DNA of 8,795 nucleotides from a virus (Duplodnaviria; Heunggongvirae; Uroviricota; Caudoviricetes): IMG/VR virus record IMGVR_UViG_2526164665_000039; one strand, 5' to 3'. Shown piece by piece: positions 6,308 to 8,795 of this stretch (position 1 is its first letter; each line of letters starts with the position of its first letter). The notes under the pieces were generated by a model. It saw only the letters and a program-made list of their open reading frames with translations, ran no database searches and was not told where the DNA came from. The position numbers and the translations under genes were made by a program.

Positions 6308-7219
6308 TTACACTGAACTTACCGTTCTCCAGGCATTATTAATATAAATCTGAACCGGGCGATAATAGACCCCACCGATATTGTCCGCAGACCGGGAGCC
6401 GGTTTCCTGCACGTTAATACCGGAAAGCATACAACCGGAAGGTGCGCTGTAATTCCATGATATTTCATTGCCTCCGGGTGAATGATAGCTCTGTGCTCCA
6501 AGCTGAACATTCTGTACATACCGGCCATCTGCGGTTGACTGCGTCATTCCTGACGTGATGTTGATATCCTGCGTTCCGTCAAAAGGAACGCCATTAATAT
6601 TTCTTGGGGTGGCGAGTCTGTTTGCTGCCACGGCGGTTCCACCCGATGGCAGGGCATCAGCAGCCTTATTTACCGTTTCCCGTAAACCGACGTTATCGAT
6701 AAAAGCGCCTTTATCCGGAATGTCTGCGCCGTTCTGCTCCCTGCGCAGGTAACGGTTATCACCTTCGCTCCTGCTGTAAACATCCAGATTATTACGGGCG
6801 GTTTCCGCATTCTCCAGGTCGGCAAGGTTCTGATCCTTCGCCAGGGCATTAACGTCAGCGGGACCAAGACTGTTTTTTGTGGCAAGCGTCCCCAGACCAA
6901 GATAACCACGGGCCAGACGCTGGGCTTCCGCACCGGCATCAGCAATTTCTTTCAGGTTGTTTTTCCGGGAAAAGGCATTCGCAGCGATAATGGCTTTAAT
7001 GGACAGCGTAAGCTGGTTTAACTGCGCCTTATCCGGCTGAATACTGGCTTCAGCCAGAATATTCAGCAGTTCGGCCTGGAGAATATTCAGCCAGTCCTGA
7101 CCAATCCAGCTGATACCTTTTTGTCCGTCACCTTCGGTAAACCAGGTGGTGGTATTACTCTGCGCCGGAGCCAGTTCAGGCATATTCGCCACGCCGGAAT
7201 TATTATCAACATGGAACAT
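6308..7219 (-). CDS. Phage tail fibre protein (constant N-terminal part plus currently expressed variable C-terminus)
   Basis: 303-aa product from the ATG at 7219, which overlaps the upstream gene's stop as TAATG and is preceded by GAGGAG. The ORF track's 7273 start lies inside the upstream gene. The C-terminal third is paralogous to the silent cassette at 5259-5630. Confidence 0.8.
   Translation of the reverse strand: MFHVDNNSGVANMPELAPAQSNTTTWFTEGDGQKGISWIGQDWLNILQAELLNILAEASIQPDKAQLNQLTLSIKAIIAANAFSRKNNLKEIADAGAEAQRLARGYLGLGTLATKNSLGPADVNALAKDQNLADLENAETARNNLDVYSRSEGDNRYLRREQNGADIPDKGAFIDNVGLRETVNKAADALPSGGTAVAANRLATPRNINGVPFDGTQDINITSGMTQSTADGRYVQNVQLGAQSYHSPGGNEISWNYSAPSGCMLSGINVQETGSRSADNIGGVYYRPVQIYINNAWRTVSSV
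6677..6702. repeat. Invertase crossover site inside the tail-fibre gene (gix/pix-like, inverted relative to 5251-5276)
   Basis: TTCCCGTAAACC GA CGTTATCGATAA. One half-site matches the reverse complement of the 5251-5276 site at 11/12. The central dinucleotide sits at the constant/variable boundary of the fibre (codons for IDNVGLRETV). Confidence 0.5.
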
Positions 7220-7779
7220 TAAATAGTCTCCTCTTCGTGACTGTTTGCATATACGTAAATAAACGTCTGCCATGCAGGCTTATAACGGTTCAGAATACAT
7301 TCCAGCGCACCACCCTCATAAATACGCAGCGGGGTGAGAATATCATCCAGCACATTCATATTCCGGTAGCCGGTTTCACTGTTTATCGTGACAATACTGA
7401 CCCACTGTGAATCCGGTGATGGCTGAATATCTATTTCATAACCAAACTCTGCCGCAAACCGGATATAAAATTCACGGTTAAGAGAGGGTTTCATCCGGTA
7501 TTTATTCCCTGCATAACGCTGACGTTCCTGAATGGTTGCGCCGGTCATATCACATTCCGGTAACCCCAGATAACGCTCCCAGTCTTCCAGCAGCAGACGG
7601 GATGAATCAGGAAAACGTTCTGCCAGCATCTGGTTACCGGTCCAGGAAACACGCTCTGTGGAATGACTGAGGCCCAGGCACAAAGCCGCAAGAACGGATG
7701 ACGGCCGCTTATCCCATGCCAGCCCGTCAGGCAGCAACTGCAACAGGGCGCGCTGATGCGGGGTCAGGGTTACAGCCAT
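7219..7779 (-). CDS. Tail protein I-like / Mu gp48-like (YmfQ, DUF2313 type)
   Basis: 186-aa product MAVTLTPHQRALLQLLPDGLAWDK... in the conserved position between baseplate J and the tail fibre. Its ATG at 7779 overlaps the J stop by 8 nt, and its stop overlaps the fibre ATG. Confidence 0.7.
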   Translation of the reverse strand: MAVTLTPHQRALLQLLPDGLAWDKRPSSVLAALCLGLSHSTERVSWTGNQMLAERFPDSSRLLLEDWERYLGLPECDMTGATIQERQRYAGNKYRMKPSLNREFYIRFAAEFGYEIDIQPSPDSQWVSIVTINSETGYRNMNVLDDILTPLRIYEGGALECILNRYKPAWQTFIYVYANSHEEETI

Positions 7780-8795
7780 GTGATTTCCCCCACGGTCAGC
7801 AACTCTGTATCTCCGGCCATCACGGACTTCAGCGGACTGCGAACTTCAAAATCCTCCAGTCCTTTCACCCCTGCAACAGCCCGCCAGAATGATGAAGGCA
7901 ATACAAGTCCACCCGGCCGCGATTCGTTATAAAGCAGGTCCGTTAATGCCTGTTTTACGGCAGCCTGATTTTCCGGCGTTTTGGGTACAATCCTGATCTC
8001 AAACGCCACCGGCTTATTGGTCAGCTTAAACACGCTGATTGTCGGCCCAAGTGGCTGACCAACGGGCTGGCCCGTCGCCGGATCATCATGACTGCGGATA
8101 TAATCCGCCACCCGCTTCACATCACCTTCTCCGGGGAAAATGTCAGGGTTATTATCCTGAACAAAAGTCACACCAACACTACCCGCCTCAGGCCATTCAG
8201 GCTTACACCATGCCCGCGTCACGCCCGGTACTTCCCGTGCCCAGCGTTCAAAATCATACTGTGTTCCCCCTGATGGCGGGTTCTGTACCCGGAATACCAG
8301 CCTGGACAGCAACTCCGGCACCGTTTCCACATCCGCACCACCGGTGAGTCCCGTGCCGGTAACCGTGGCTGTCTGGTTGATGCCCGCCTGTGGCGTGATA
8401 AAGGACAGGCGGGTTCCGGTCGGGGTATTTCCGGCGCGCCCCGCACTTTCCGCCTCCACATTAACATTCAGTGTTCCGGCTTTTCCGGTCGCAGAGCCGG
8501 TGATGCGGTACACAACACCATCGCTTCGCTGAAGGAGTACGCCTTCCGTGATCCCTGCATCCGTGGTCAGCATCAGTTGTACCGGTCCGTCAGCGCGGGA
8601 AGCCGGTTTACGGATGACACCCCAGAATGCGCAGTGTTTCAGGAGTTCGGCTTCATCAGCTTCTGTCGGAATTATCTGCCGGGAGATCCAGGCCAGATGT
8701 TCATGCTCCTGTGCTGACAGACCCGCCAGTGCATACGCAATGGCATTCAGGGTGGTTTCATTCACGCCCGGCTGCGAACCGGGCAGGCGCTGGCT
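7770..8795 (-). CDS. Baseplate J-like protein (Mu gp47 / P2 gpJ family), 5' end outside the window
   Basis: The frame stays open from the window edge (8795) to the stop at 7770; the ORF track's M at 8765 is an internal GTG. The product looks like Baseplate_J family sequence and lies upstream of gpI-like and fibre genes in the canonical order. Confidence 0.75.
   Translation of the reverse strand, partial: SQRLPGSQPGVNETTLNAIAYALAGLSAQEHEHLAWISRQIIPTEADEAELLKHCAFWGVIRKPASRADGPVQLMLTTDAGITEGVLLQRSDGVVYRITGSATGKAGTLNVNVEAESAGRAGNTPTGTRLSFITPQAGINQTATVTGTGLTGGADVETVPELLSRLVFRVQNPPSGGTQYDFERWAREVPGVTRAWCKPEWPEAGSVGVTFVQDNNPDIFPGEGDVKRVADYIRSHDDPATGQPVGQPLGPTISVFKLTNKPVAFEIRIVPKTPENQAAVKQALTDLLYNESRPGGLVLPSSFWRAVAGVKGLEDFEVRSPLKSVMAGDTELLTVGEITWL

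Larger units (their letters stand above)
5263..6690. mobile_element. Invertible DNA segment (G/P/C-segment type tail-fibre host-range switch), about 1.43 kb
   Basis: Bounded by the inverted crossover sites at 5251-5276 and 6677-6702. It contains the expressed fibre C-terminus (minus strand), one tfa gene and the alternative C-terminus (plus strand), with a serine invertase gene directly adjacent. Confidence 0.6.

Noticed and set aside
7273-7273. ATG at 7273 as the tail-fibre start (ORF-track coordinates)
   Set aside because: It lies 54 nt inside the upstream gene with no SD, whereas the ATG at 7219 has GAGGAG and overlaps the upstream stop.
6319-8532. Assorted short ORFs inside the fibre, gpI and baseplate J genes (6319-6528, 6670-6945, 7698-7892, 8039-8347, 8088-8273, 8219-8467, 8344-8532)
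   Set aside because: Nested or antisense within long, well-supported structural genes.
1-8795. CRISPR arrays, tRNA or rRNA genes
   Set aside because: No regularly spaced direct repeats and no tRNA-like or rRNA-like sequence were seen.

Overview
This window reads as the late, right-end part of a Mu-like prophage (tail module also resembling e14/P2-type elements) from an enterobacterium, with almost all genes on the minus strand. From high to low coordinates: a 5'-truncated baseplate J-like gene, a gpI/Mu gp48-like gene, and a short tail-fibre gene. The fibre's C-terminal third lies inside a ~1.43 kb invertible segment bounded by 28-bp imperfect inverted repeats (crossover sites at 5251-5276 and 6677-6702). 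That segment also carries a promoterless alternative fibre C-terminus and a single tail-fibre assembly gene on the plus strand. Next come a Gin/Pin/Cin/Hin-family serine invertase and about 3 kb of cargo: an apparently frameshifted SASA/SGNH (NanS-p-like) esterase gene, two small genes (a 60-aa membrane protein and an 81-aa acidic protein), and a convergent 56-aa zinc-ribbon gene with a structured leader. The window ends with a com-mom DNA-hypermodification module with clustered Dam GATC sites upstream. No rRNA, tRNA or CRISPR array was seen. All calls come from reading the sequence and ORF translations; no database search or alignment was run, so family assignments rest on motifs, synteny and memory.
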